Shown here piece by piece: positions 1-8,164 of a stretch of DNA of 43,525 nucleotides. Made by a program: the position numbers and the translations under genes. The number at the start of each line of letters is the position of its first letter. Positions within the stretch are counted from its first letter, which is position 1. Below the pieces are notes generated by a model. The model made no database searches, was not told where the DNA came from, and worked only from the letters and a program-made list of their open reading frames with translations. The stretch comes from a virus (lineage: Duplodnaviria > Caudoviricetes), in the IMG/VR virus record IMGVR_UViG_3300007972_000002, positions 1 to 43,525 of that record, one strand, 5' to 3'.

Positions 1-83
1 CACGTCCAACTGAGCTTTTCATCGCGGGTAAAGGTAACCTTTGCCATCATCAGGCAGAGGTTCTTACTGGGCGGGGTCATCAT
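1..83 (-). CDS. hypothetical protein, partial (runs off window start)
   Basis: ATG at 83 overlaps the TGA of 80..325 (ATGA); GGAGG upstream; frame MMTPPSKNLCLMMAK... is open to the window edge. Confidence 0.55.
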   Translation of the reverse strand, partial: MMTPPSKNLCLMMAKVTFTRDEKLSWT

Positions 84-325
84 GTCTCTTCCTCCAGTGG
101 CACATCACGCCATTCGCCACGATTGGGTGATGGCAAAGTGTTTCCGTCTTTGTCAGTGATGTGTACTGCCAGCACTATGTTTTTGTCTTCCCACCATTGC
201 TGAAGTGTGCGTATCTTTTTTGGGCGGTAGCAAACCTCTATTCCGTGTCGATCAGTTACCTTTACATCGTGTTGCTCAAAGCCATCCGCACGCTCAATAA
301 AGCGCAGTTTTGGTGTTGGTGTCAT
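80..325 (-). CDS. small phage hypothetical protein
   Basis: 81-aa ORF coupled by ATGA overlaps on both sides; LQQWW...GEWRDVP ending of a type seen in small phage proteins. Confidence 0.75.
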   Translation of the reverse strand: MTPTPKLRFIERADGFEQHDVKVTDRHGIEVCYRPKKIRTLQQWWEDKNIVLAVHITDKDGNTLPSPNRGEWRDVPLEEET

Positions 326-594
326 CGCTTCATCCCCCGAATGTACTGAGCAAAGCTCTGCACCGTATCGCGGCCAAAGGGCAGGGCAAACTTGGTCTCC
401 AACTCCACCGCCACCTCTTCGATGGCGTCATTGCGGGTCAGGTGTGCAAACTCGGCCGGGTGTGAGTGCACGTCTATATGGGCGACCTCTGGGGTCTCGG
501 CCCTATGAGGGTCGGTCGTATATTTTCCGCATTTCATGCACTTCAGGCTTTGCGTGTCCGTGTAAAAATGCCAGTTGTGTTTGCACGGCTGCAT
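322..594 (-). CDS. hypothetical protein with N-terminal CxHxW...CxxC putative Zn-binding motif
   Basis: 90-aa ORF; TAATG overlap with upstream gene; GGAG upstream. Confidence 0.7.
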   Translation of the reverse strand: MQPCKHNWHFYTDTQSLKCMKCGKYTTDPHRAETPEVAHIDVHSHPAEFAHLTRNDAIEEVAVELETKFALPFGRDTVQSFAQYIRGMKR

Positions 595-962
595 TAAAAC
601 TTCTCCTTGTAAAACTTGCCGATCACTTCGGCCAGCTCGTGGATATGAAAGTCTCCGCCTTCACCACCAAAGTTGGTGATCCAGATCATGCCAGGCTGAA
701 TGCCAGGCGTGAGGGTCCAGCCGGCGATTTTGACCTCGTAGCGCTCGCGCGCGTCCTTGAAGCCCTGGTCATAAGCCACCTGCGCCTTGCACGCATCTTC
801 AATGGTCATCAAGGTGTACTTCTGGCATTCTTCCCAGACAAACTGGGCGTTTGTTTCACCAATCATTTTGCGTTCCGCTTTGGTTAATTGTTCCCACCAA
901 GATTGAAATGTCATTTCCCTTGCTCCTTGTTCTTGAATCTGTCGCTTACGCCACCCGGTCAC
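594..962 (-). CDS. hypothetical protein
   Basis: ORF 594..974; start uncertain (GTG at 962, or ATG at 914 preceded by AGGAG). Confidence 0.65.
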   Translation of the reverse strand: MTGWRKRQIQEQGAREMTFQSWWEQLTKAERKMIGETNAQFVWEECQKYTLMTIEDACKAQVAYDQGFKDARERYEVKIAGWTLTPGIQPGMIWITNFGGEGGDFHIHELAEVIGKFYKEKF

Positions 963-1188
963 GGCCAACCCCAAACAGCCCCGTGATCCGCGACCAGGCC
1001 AACTTGCGCAGGGACACTGCAGCCAACTTCTTCTCGAGCTTCAGGACCGTAAAACCCAGCTCGAGGTTTGCGCCCACCAGCTCGTCAATGTCTTTGCGGC
1101 ACTGTGCCAAGCCCTCACTAAACCCTTTGGCATGGGCCTCGGCTGCCACATCTTTAAAGGTGCGGCGTTTATATTTAGTCCGTGTCAT
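946..1188 (-). CDS. hypothetical protein
   Basis: 80-aa ORF packed in the minus-strand early-gene run. Confidence 0.65.
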   Translation of the reverse strand: MTRTKYKRRTFKDVAAEAHAKGFSEGLAQCRKDIDELVGANLELGFTVLKLEKKLAAVSLRKLAWSRITGLFGVGRDRVA

Positions 1189-1432
1189 ATTGGTTTTCCA
1201 TGTGTTGAAAGACGATGTGTTCCAAGTTGGCCAGGTCTTCCCCTGTCATCTCGCTCTCCAGCTCCGGGTAGGGTTGGCCGTCGAGGTGGAGGATTTCCCA
1301 TTCCCCACAGCCGCCCTCTTCTGGATGGCTGTCGCCCGGGTCCGCGCGCAGGATGGGGGGCAGGTACGGCTCCCAGTACGTCACGCGGACGATGCAAAGG
1401 ATGCCGTTGATGCTGTGTTCAAACTCAGTCAT
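1175..1432 (-). CDS. acidic phage hypothetical protein
   Basis: 85-aa ORF; GGAGGT upstream; overlaps neighbours by a few codons. Confidence 0.7.
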   Translation of the reverse strand: MTEFEHSINGILCIVRVTYWEPYLPPILRADPGDSHPEEGGCGEWEILHLDGQPYPELESEMTGEDLANLEHIVFQHMENQYDTD

Positions 1433-1634
1433 GCTCTACCTCCGCCACCTGCACTTTGATGTTGCCATCTTGGATGTGCTTGAACAACTGGCGCTGGAAA
1501 TCCATGCGCATTGCATTGGTGTCGATGACCAGGAACGCTTCCCCTGATTGCACCAGGCCAGCGGTCAAGGTCCGTGGCGCGCGGGTCTTGATCCGTTCAC
1601 TGCCCATCTTGTAATAGGTAATTGGATCGCTCAT
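1425..1634 (-). CDS. hypothetical protein
   Basis: ATG at 1634 overlaps the TGA of 1631..1951 (ATGA); MSDPITYYK... Confidence 0.6.
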   Translation of the reverse strand: MSDPITYYKMGSERIKTRAPRTLTAGLVQSGEAFLVIDTNAMRMDFQRQLFKHIQDGNIKVQVAEVEHD

Positions 1635-1951
1635 AGCGGCATGTCCCCGTGCCATGGTTCGTCGGCCATGCGCTTTAGATTGAAGATGAACCTGTATTGC
1701 GGATGCACCTTGACGAACAGGCGCGCGTAGAACGCAATGTGGTTGTTGGAGATTTTGAAGTCTACGCCTGTGGTGGTCATCGCCACCTCCCAGCGGATGC
1801 GGTTGATGATGAGCCAGTGGCTGATCTTCCTGTGGCCGGCGCTGATGGCCTCGAGCGTGAATCGTTCAAAGTAACCCCACACCAGGGGGTTACCTGCGTT
1901 GAACGCATTGAACTCACGCTGCCTCAAATGAAACGGCGTGTTCATGCTCAT
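1631..1951 (-). CDS. conserved phage hypothetical protein
   Basis: 106 aa; NPxVW..F..F, WLIINRIRWE and FKISNNHIAFYARLF motifs of a recurrent phage family. Confidence 0.8.
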   Translation of the reverse strand: MSMNTPFHLRQREFNAFNAGNPLVWGYFERFTLEAISAGHRKISHWLIINRIRWEVAMTTTGVDFKISNNHIAFYARLFVKVHPQYRFIFNLKRMADEPWHGDMPL

Positions 1952-2073
1952 CGGTCATTCCTCTCTTGCTCATCCATCCAAAACCAAAGTTTCATCAGGC
2001 CGATCAGGACAAGGCCGGCGACGATCATGCCAAGGCCGCCCAAAAGAATTGTTGCGACGATGGTCTCTGTCAT
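1948..2073 (-). CDS. small single-pass membrane protein (41 aa)
   Basis: Read by hand: MTETIVATILLGGLGMIVAGLVLIGLMKLWFWMDEQERNDR; ATGA overlaps at both ends; GGAG upstream; below the ORF-track cut-off. Confidence 0.7.
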   Translation of the reverse strand: MTETIVATILLGGLGMIVAGLVLIGLMKLWFWMDEQERNDR

Positions 2074-2264
2074 GACTTGATCTCCAACAAAGGCTTGTCG
2101 TGATCAATGTCCACGTACTCAGAGTACAGACTGATTTCAAAGTCGCCCTCAGGCGTCTTGATTTCAATGGTCCGTGTAGCGTAGACACTGTCCGGGCCAG
2201 CGCTGTGTTTAATAGGACTGACGGTGATGTTGGTCACCCGATGAATATTCAAATTGAAGTTCAT
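2070..2264 (-). CDS. hypothetical protein
   Basis: 64-aa ORF; first gene after a putative promoter; purine-rich RBS. Confidence 0.75.
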   Translation of the reverse strand: MNFNLNIHRVTNITVSPIKHSAGPDSVYATRTIEIKTPEGDFEISLYSEYVDIDHDKPLLEIKS

Positions 2265-2295
2265 GACTTTCTCTCTTTCTGTTGATGGAAATTAA

Positions 2296-2325
2296 ATTAT
2301 ACGTGTATCGTACCAGTTGTGTCTA
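2296..2325 (-). promoter_or_regulatory. sigma70-like promoter
   Basis: Minus strand TAGACA (2325-2320), 18-bp spacer, perfect TATAAT (2301-2296), about 30 bp upstream of the ATG at 2264. Confidence 0.65.
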
Positions 2326-2345
2326 GTACTTTCCCTAGGTCTTGT

Positions 2346-2400
2346 AAAAAACCCAGGCAGCTATCAAGCAGAGGGCGTATACCCTCCACCTGATAAGGTT
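2346..2400 (-). terminator. putative intrinsic terminator / long hairpin
   Basis: Minus strand TATCAGGTGGAGGG-TATACG-CCCTCTGCTTGATA (14 bp, three G-U pairs), with TTTTTT shortly downstream; lies after the 2418 stop. Confidence 0.5.
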
Positions 2401-2417
2401 GAAGTAATCTTCAACGC

Positions 2418-2891
2418 TCACCGCTCGACTCCTTCAAGGCGGTCTGCCACCAGCTTGGCGTAGCCGGCAATGTCCACCCAATGGTCGACTTTGTCGGGGT
2501 TGCCGTTGACGATGCGGCCGATCTTGTGCACGATCATCTCCAAGGCTTCCCACTGGTCATCAGCAAAGGTCTTGTCGTGACTGGCCGCGTGGTCCGCGAG
2601 CAGTCGTTTGATACCCTGCATCAGTGCAGCGCCGTCCTTGAACTTGCCGTAGTCCTTGGCCCGCTCGTCGAGGGTCTCGTCCACGTCGGTCCCTTCAACC
2701 TCTTCCAGAATCTTTGCCCAGGAGCTGAGAGGAGGCATCGGCACCATTTCAGGCGGCTTCCACTCCTCTTGGATTTGCTTGCGCAGCTTGTAGGTCATGG
2801 GCTTGGACGCCTGGAACTTGATGGCCACCTTGGTCGCATCGGCATCTAGATGCTTGCGAAAATACTCGCGGATTTTGTCTGACTTGTTCAC
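2418..2891 (-). CDS. DUF6378-like phage protein
   Basis: TLDERAKDYG...EALEMIVHKIGRIVNGNP...DHWVDIAGYA pattern; GTG start with AGGAG. Confidence 0.8.
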   Translation of the reverse strand: MNKSDKIREYFRKHLDADATKVAIKFQASKPMTYKLRKQIQEEWKPPEMVPMPPLSSWAKILEEVEGTDVDETLDERAKDYGKFKDGAALMQGIKRLLADHAASHDKTFADDQWEALEMIVHKIGRIVNGNPDKVDHWVDIAGYAKLVADRLEGVER

Positions 2892-3061
2892 TTACTTTCT
2901 CCTTTTCTTTGCTTCGGTTTTTCAATGACTTTTGTCACTGATTCTGTGGTGGTGAAACGGTGCTCGTTTGCGCATTCGTATCGCCGGTATGTGAAATTGT
3001 TTTGGAGGCGCGCCCGTGTTTCTTTAACGGATACCCAGGCCTGGCAGATGGGGCATTTCAT
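2888..3061 (-). CDS. NrdR-N-like zinc-ribbon mini-protein (57 aa)
   Basis: Read by hand: MKCPICQAWVSVKETRARLQNNFTYRRYECANEHRFTTTE...; overlaps neighbours by ATGA/GTGA. Confidence 0.75.
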   Translation of the reverse strand: MKCPICQAWVSVKETRARLQNNFTYRRYECANEHRFTTTESVTKVIEKPKQRKGESK

Positions 3062-3231
3062 TTGGGACGGTGGAGTAAAAGGGATTGAATAAACCTCTCG
3101 TCTCGCAACATAGGTGCAGGCTTGGGCACATAGGCCACCCCAATTAACACCTTGCCAGTGTTGAAAAATCTGCCTGTTGCAGCAAGTTCTTTAAATACCT
3201 TTTGCTCTCGGGTAAGGGCTTGTTTAATCAT
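3058..3231 (-). CDS. hypothetical protein (57 aa)
   Basis: Read by hand: MIKQALTREQKVFKELAATGRFFNTGKVLIGVAYVPKP...; fills the gap between coupled genes; AGGAG upstream. Confidence 0.65.
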   Translation of the reverse strand: MIKQALTREQKVFKELAATGRFFNTGKVLIGVAYVPKPAPMLRDERFIQSLLLHRPK

Positions 3232-3439
3232 CGCACTCTTTCTCCTTTCTGTTACTGAGTCTTGATCTTAGCACATCTAGTTCACTTGTCAACAACTCAA
3301 CTTTCTTTTCTGCATTCAACCAGGCTTCTCGCCACAGTCTCTGATCTTCAATGCGTTGTGCGGCCGCTTCAAGCAGTTCCTCGATGTAGGGGAAGACTTC
3401 CTTGACTGAGCGCAGTTCCTCTTGTAGTTTCATTTTCAC
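3224..3439 (-). CDS. small coiled-coil hypothetical protein
   Basis: 71-aa helical ORF (LLEAAAQRIE...); start GTG at 3439 or ATG at 3433. Confidence 0.65.
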   Translation of the reverse strand: MKMKLQEELRSVKEVFPYIEELLEAAAQRIEDQRLWREAWLNAEKKVELLTSELDVLRSRLSNRKEKECDD

Positions 3440-3860
3440 TCCACGGGTGTTTTAAATATTCTTCACGAAGCAGCCCGTACAGCACCAAGTCTCCACCATC
3501 GGGGAAGGCCTTGCGCATGCGCCCTTCATACTGAAAGCCCAGGCGCGAGACAAAGCGCTGGGCGTCCAAGTTCTCGGCACGAATGAGGCCCGTGACCCGT
3601 GGCACTTCAAGCACTCTGAACGGCAACTCAAACGACGCGTTGAAGTAACTGCGAGACAGCCAGTGGCTCTTGGGCCGCGCTGCAATGTGCATGTCAATGT
3701 TGGTGCCTGTGTAAGCCGAGAACACAGTGACGGCCAGGAAGTCGTCCTTGTCGTCCACCAGGCTCACCGAGGTGACGTCCCCTGTCATGCCGTCGATGCC
3801 GATGACCTTCTTGGCCCAGGCTACGGCCTCGTCGACACGTTTAAAGCGCAGGATTTTCAC
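3369..3860 (-). CDS. GNAT-family (RimJ/RimL-like) N-acetyltransferase
   Basis: RVTGLIRAENLDAQRFVSRLGFQYEGRMRKAF...DLVLYGLLREEY is the RimJ/RimL-type C-terminal signature; probable GTG start at 3860. Confidence 0.8.
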   Translation of the reverse strand: MKILRFKRVDEAVAWAKKVIGIDGMTGDVTSVSLVDDKDDFLAVTVFSAYTGTNIDMHIAARPKSHWLSRSYFNASFELPFRVLEVPRVTGLIRAENLDAQRFVSRLGFQYEGRMRKAFPDGGDLVLYGLLREEYLKHPWSENETTRGTALSQGSLPLHRGTA

Positions 3861-4080
3861 GGTAGTTCTCCGCAATCTCATCTTCAAACAGCATGATCTG
3901 CTCTTCTGAAAAGCTCTTGGTGATGTCTACCTGGCGGGGCTTGCCGCTGGGGCCTGTGATGGTCAACAAAATCTTGGTGATGTCCAACAACGCGGGCAGC
4001 TCTGTGTCCTCCACCAGCATGGATGGGAGCACTTCAAAAGTGAGTTCGACGGGGAACGTCATCTCGGTCTGGTATTTCAT
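3841..4080 (-). CDS. hypothetical protein
   Basis: 79-aa acidic ORF in the operon. Confidence 0.65.
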   Translation of the reverse strand: MKYQTEMTFPVELTFEVLPSMLVEDTELPALLDITKILLTITGPSGKPRQVDITKSFSEEQIMLFEDEIAENYRENPAL

Positions 4081-4432
4081 TTTTGGCTTTCTTTTTGTTG
4101 GCGTCGATGCGCTGCAAGGTCAGGGACTGTTCGTAGGCGTAGTCAAAGGCGGGCAAGATGATGCTGTACATGTAGCTGCCCATTCCAACCTTGTAAAAGG
4201 CTGCAATCTCCTTGAGCATGTAGTACGCCTCTTCGGGCAGGGAGACGCTGATCCAGCGCTGCCCAGCGCGCTTGGATGGAGAGGCGCGCACCTTCTCGTA
4301 GCTGTCCTTCTTTGGCCGGCCGTTCTTCCTCGGGCGACCTCTCTTGCGTGCTGCCACACGTACGGACTGACGCACGTATGGCTCTGGGTGAGCAGGCACA
4401 ACTTGTTCTCGTATCTTTAGCGGCATTACCAT
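4034..4432 (-). CDS. putative DNA-binding protein (AT-hook motifs plus RHH-like segment)
   Basis: KRGRPRK and GRPKK AT-hook-like motifs, then ISVSLPEEAYYMLKEIA (strand-helix pattern); AGAAAGGAG RBS. Confidence 0.7.
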   Translation of the reverse strand: MVMPLKIREQVVPAHPEPYVRQSVRVAARKRGRPRKNGRPKKDSYEKVRASPSKRAGQRWISVSLPEEAYYMLKEIAAFYKVGMGSYMYSIILPAFDYAYEQSLTLQRIDANKKKAKNEIPDRDDVPRRTHF

Positions 4433-4468
4433 TTAATTCTCCTTTCTTAGAACTTATCAGTGTATCGG

Positions 4469-4499
4469 AAAAAACGGGCTGGAGGCAAGCCCCCAGCCC
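4469..4499 (-). terminator. intrinsic terminator after DNA polymerase
   Basis: Minus strand GGGCTGGGGG-CTTG-CCTCCAGCCC followed by GTTTTTT. Confidence 0.7.
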
Positions 4500-4548
4500 A
4501 AATGCTTCAAGAGGAAATAAGGGGCAACTGCAGTCGGCCCCACCTCAA

Positions 4549-6426
4549 TTATGCAGCCTCTCCCCAACTCGGTCCAGTCTCAACATCCACGCGGGAAGGG
4601 ACTTCCAGGGTCACGGCTTTGGCCATGAGGTTGGCGGCTTCGCGGGCCTCTTCAATGTTCCTGACGGACAGCGCCACTTCGTCGTGCACTTGCAACAGCA
4701 GGCTAAACCCTGCCTTGTGCAGCGCCACCATGCCGGCTTTGGTCTGGTCAGCGGCCGACCCTTGGATCAACCGGTTCAGCCCCTTGTAGGTGCCTGCCCG
4801 CTTGATCCGCGAGCCGTATTCCATGACGGCCTGCTCACGCGGCAGTGCCTTGTTCACGCCCCACTCCACGGGCTCCCACAGCGGAAAGCGGCATTTGCGG
4901 CCCAGGAGCGTGCGAATGGACCCGCCAGAGGCCGGGTGCTCAATGCGCTTCATGACCGCGTCCACGGTGCCCTTGAGAAATGGGACCTTGCTGTGGAACG
5001 TGGCAATCAGCTCGCTGGCCTCGTCCAGGGGCAGGTCCAGTTGGGTGGCCAGCTTGGCCTTGCCCATGCCGTACATCAGGCCCAGACCAATGGTCTTGGC
5101 AGCCTTGCGTTTGATTCCGGCCATGTCGGCAACCATCTGATGGAAGTCCGTGTCGGGGTTGTCGCGGTAGGCCTGCGCCATCTTCTCCGCGCCCGGCAGG
5201 CCCAGCAAGGTGGCGTAGTGCACCAAGAGGCGCGGCTCTTGGGAGGAGAAGTCATTGGCCGCCCAGACCTGGCCGTCCTCAGGCAGGAACAAGCCCCGCA
5301 CCATGGGGCCGATGATCTCGTGGCGCGCGGGCACTTGCTGGAGGTTGGGATTGGACGCTGACAGACGCCCGGTGACGGTGCCGCCCTCTTCGTTGCGCAT
5401 TTGGTTGAAGTGGGTGTGGATGCGCCCGTCCTTGGCGCTGTGCTTCAGGTAGGGCTCCAGGAACGTGCCGTGGGTCTTGTTCAGCTCCCGGGCTTCCAGG
5501 ATCATCCTGGACATCGGGTGCTCATGGGTGTCCAGAAAGCTCTTGGTGAAGCTGGGCGCGCCAGCAGCGGTCTTGGGGTATTGGATGCCCAGGCGGTCGA
5601 ACGCGGCGGCAATGGACTGCGCAGCCCAGATGTCCACCTGCATGCCGGCCTGGCTCTTCAAGTACTTCAGGATTTCGGTTTCTTTGGTCCGCATGTCAGC
5701 CATGTGGCGCTCGCACTTGGCGCGATCAAAGTTGATGCCCTTCAAGGTGATGTCCACCAAGACCGGCAGCACTTCGGTTTCCAAGTTAAATACCGACTCA
5801 ACTTCGTCGTTGCGCATGAGCGCTTTGAAGTGATGCCAGAGCTTCAAGGTCAGCGCCGCGTCTTGCTCGGCATAGTCGCCCACGTGCATGGCAGGCAGCT
5901 TCCACAGCTCCTTCTTGGGATGCACGCCAAAGTCAGACGCTGACTCCTTCAAGCCCTGTTCAGACTTGATCTCCTTGAGGTAGTCAAAGCCCAGGCTGTT
6001 CAAGCTGTAGGCAAAGCGGTTCTCGTCCAGCACAGGCGCTGCCAGCATGGTATCAAAGATCGTGCCGTTTACTGTGAAGCCGGTGGCTCTGAGCCATCCG
6101 AGGTCGTAGGCGGCGTTGTGCATGATTTTGTCTGCGGGCGTAGCCAGGACATCACGCATCCAGCGCTCCACGATACGCTTGTCCAAATTGCCGCCACCAG
6201 CATGAGCAACAGGGAAATAGCCAGCCCAGCCATCGACAGCAATGGCATAACCAACAATGTAACCGTCATTCCGAGGCCAGCCCGGGCCCAGGCTTTCCAT
6301 ATTGGGATCAGAGGTTTCGAGGTCAATTGCAATCTCCTTGGCTTCACTGAGGTTGGGGAAAGAGGATGGCGGCAGCCACTCGGAAATCCGAGGGAACATG
6401 GGCATTGTTTTATTTTCTCGCTTCAT
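4549..6426 (-). CDS. polA: family A DNA polymerase (3'-5' exonuclease plus polymerase domains; no 5'-3' exonuclease)
   Basis: ExoI DLET, ExoII HNAAYD, ExoIII YAEQD; TGRLS..NPNLQ; motif A DFSSQEPR; motif B RKAAKTIGLGLMYG; IQGSAAD; motif C QVHDE. Confidence 0.97.
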   Translation of the reverse strand: MKRENKTMPMFPRISEWLPPSSFPNLSEAKEIAIDLETSDPNMESLGPGWPRNDGYIVGYAIAVDGWAGYFPVAHAGGGNLDKRIVERWMRDVLATPADKIMHNAAYDLGWLRATGFTVNGTIFDTMLAAPVLDENRFAYSLNSLGFDYLKEIKSEQGLKESASDFGVHPKKELWKLPAMHVGDYAEQDAALTLKLWHHFKALMRNDEVESVFNLETEVLPVLVDITLKGINFDRAKCERHMADMRTKETEILKYLKSQAGMQVDIWAAQSIAAAFDRLGIQYPKTAAGAPSFTKSFLDTHEHPMSRMILEARELNKTHGTFLEPYLKHSAKDGRIHTHFNQMRNEEGGTVTGRLSASNPNLQQVPARHEIIGPMVRGLFLPEDGQVWAANDFSSQEPRLLVHYATLLGLPGAEKMAQAYRDNPDTDFHQMVADMAGIKRKAAKTIGLGLMYGMGKAKLATQLDLPLDEASELIATFHSKVPFLKGTVDAVMKRIEHPASGGSIRTLLGRKCRFPLWEPVEWGVNKALPREQAVMEYGSRIKRAGTYKGLNRLIQGSAADQTKAGMVALHKAGFSLLLQVHDEVALSVRNIEEAREAANLMAKAVTLEVPSRVDVETGPSWGEAA

Positions 6427-7922
6427 AGTCTGAAGCCTTTCTGTTCGTTCTTTGGCAGCACGATGTGCAGTGTTTGCTTGGCGCGGGTGATGCCCACATA
6501 CAGCAGACGATTGATGTCGTCCGAGTTCTTGTCGTAGTCCTTGGCAAACCGCGTGGACAGGTCTGACAGCAGCAGCACGTTGTCTGCTTCGCCGCCCTTG
6601 GCCCCGTGGATCGTGGACAGCTTGATGGGCACGTGGCCCGTGAGCCGTGTATTGCGGCGCAAGAGCGAGACCAGGTAGTCCCGGCGGTCCTCGCTGATCT
6701 TGGTCAGTGCCTTGTGCCAGATTTCATCTGAAAGAAGTCCGTGTTTTTCTTTCAGGGTGTCGAGCGTGAACATGTCAGCCTGGTCGGCCGTGCGCAGCAT
6801 CTTGTGGCCGTGCTTGATGAAGGCACTGTCCAAGTACTTGTAGATTACTTTAAGCACATGGAAGGGCACCTCACCGCCCTTGCGCAGCTTCTCCCAGCCC
6901 AGCACTGCAATGAGGATGCTTTCGCTCACACTGCGTTGTCCGTGGCGCTCAAACAGCAGGCCCTGGCTTTTGATCCAATCATGCATGTCGGTCAGCATGT
7001 AATTGGCGCTGGCCAAAATCAACCAGTTGCCGTGCGTGATGTCGACCTGTTGGAAGTCGTTGTAGTAGCTGATGCTGCCCTCTTCTTCGCGGGCCTTCCA
7101 GACCTTGGGCTGGCGCTGCTTGATGCGTGTCACCACGCGGTTGGCTAAGGCGTGGATTTTCGAGGGGACGCGGTAGGACTGATCAAGGATTTTGACATCA
7201 CCCGAAAACCCCAGGAAACTTGCGACGTCGGCTCCGGCCCAAGTGTAGACGGCCTGGTCATCGTCGCCTGCCAAAAAGCAGCGCTGGGCGCGCAACGAAA
7301 GTTGCTCGACCAGCCTCCATTGCAAGCGTGACAAATCCTGTGCTTCGTCGATGATCAATGTCTCGAGCTTTGGCAAGCGCTCTGGCTCCAGCAACACATG
7401 CTCCAGCAGGTCGGTGAAGTCCAACAAACTGTGGGATGTCTTATAGTGACGGTAGGCGCGCTCAACGTACTCAAAGTGAAACCACTCAATCTCCATCTTG
7501 GACAGGTTGTAGTGGGTGCGCAGGTCCATGCCCCGAATGCGGGCGATGTTGATCTCGTTCAGGATCGGGTTGTCGGCCTTGACGGCAAACTCTTCGTCGC
7601 CGCTTTCAATGGCCAGCTCGATGCCGGCCTCCAGGGCAAACTCTTTGTAGTGCTCCGGCGACATCATGTCCTTGGTGCTGATGCCAAGGCACCGGTATGC
7701 CAGGCTGTGCAGCGTGCGAAAGAACGGGAAGTCCGTGTCGGGGTTCAGATGCGGGAACTTCAGAATAGCCCTGTCGCGCGCTTCGGTGGCCGCCTTCTTG
7801 GTGAAAGCAAAGTACCCGATTTTCATTGGGTGCACATCGCCTGCCAGCTCGGTCTCGACAATGCTTAAAAGGTAGGTGGTCTTGCCGGACCCGGGGGGCC
7901 CAAACACTTTGGTGGTGCTCAT
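6423..7922 (-). CDS. UvrD/Rep-like superfamily 1 DNA helicase
   Basis: GPPGSGKT, FTKKAA, TLHS, IIDEAQD, GDDDQAVY, QSYR, STIHGAKGGE, LYVGITRA motifs. Confidence 0.95.
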   Translation of the reverse strand: MSTTKVFGPPGSGKTTYLLSIVETELAGDVHPMKIGYFAFTKKAATEARDRAILKFPHLNPDTDFPFFRTLHSLAYRCLGISTKDMMSPEHYKEFALEAGIELAIESGDEEFAVKADNPILNEINIARIRGMDLRTHYNLSKMEIEWFHFEYVERAYRHYKTSHSLLDFTDLLEHVLLEPERLPKLETLIIDEAQDLSRLQWRLVEQLSLRAQRCFLAGDDDQAVYTWAGADVASFLGFSGDVKILDQSYRVPSKIHALANRVVTRIKQRQPKVWKAREEEGSISYYNDFQQVDITHGNWLILASANYMLTDMHDWIKSQGLLFERHGQRSVSESILIAVLGWEKLRKGGEVPFHVLKVIYKYLDSAFIKHGHKMLRTADQADMFTLDTLKEKHGLLSDEIWHKALTKISEDRRDYLVSLLRRNTRLTGHVPIKLSTIHGAKGGEADNVLLLSDLSTRFAKDYDKNSDDINRLLYVGITRAKQTLHIVLPKNEQKGFRL

Positions 7923-8164
7923 TCGTCATCCTCCTCATCCCATATGTCTTGTGTCCACACCAGCACAGGGGTGTGCTCACCGACATAGGCACCTTCAATG
8001 TTGAATTCAATGTATTCGCGGGCATCCTCCGCGTCCATGCCCTCTTCCATAAGGTTTTCCCGGATAACCTCCGCGTCGTAGACAAGCACATTGGTCAATG
8101 ACTTGTCCCTCCAGATCATGGCCGGGCCGATGATCGCGTTGTCATGTCCATCAATTTTTAACAT
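7919..8164 (-). CDS. conserved acidic phage protein
   Basis: DGHDNAIIG...EYIEFNIEGAYVGEHTP motif; coupled to both neighbours. Confidence 0.8.
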   Translation of the reverse strand: MLKIDGHDNAIIGPAMIWRDKSLTNVLVYDAEVIRENLMEEGMDAEDAREYIEFNIEGAYVGEHTPVLVWTQDIWDEEDDE

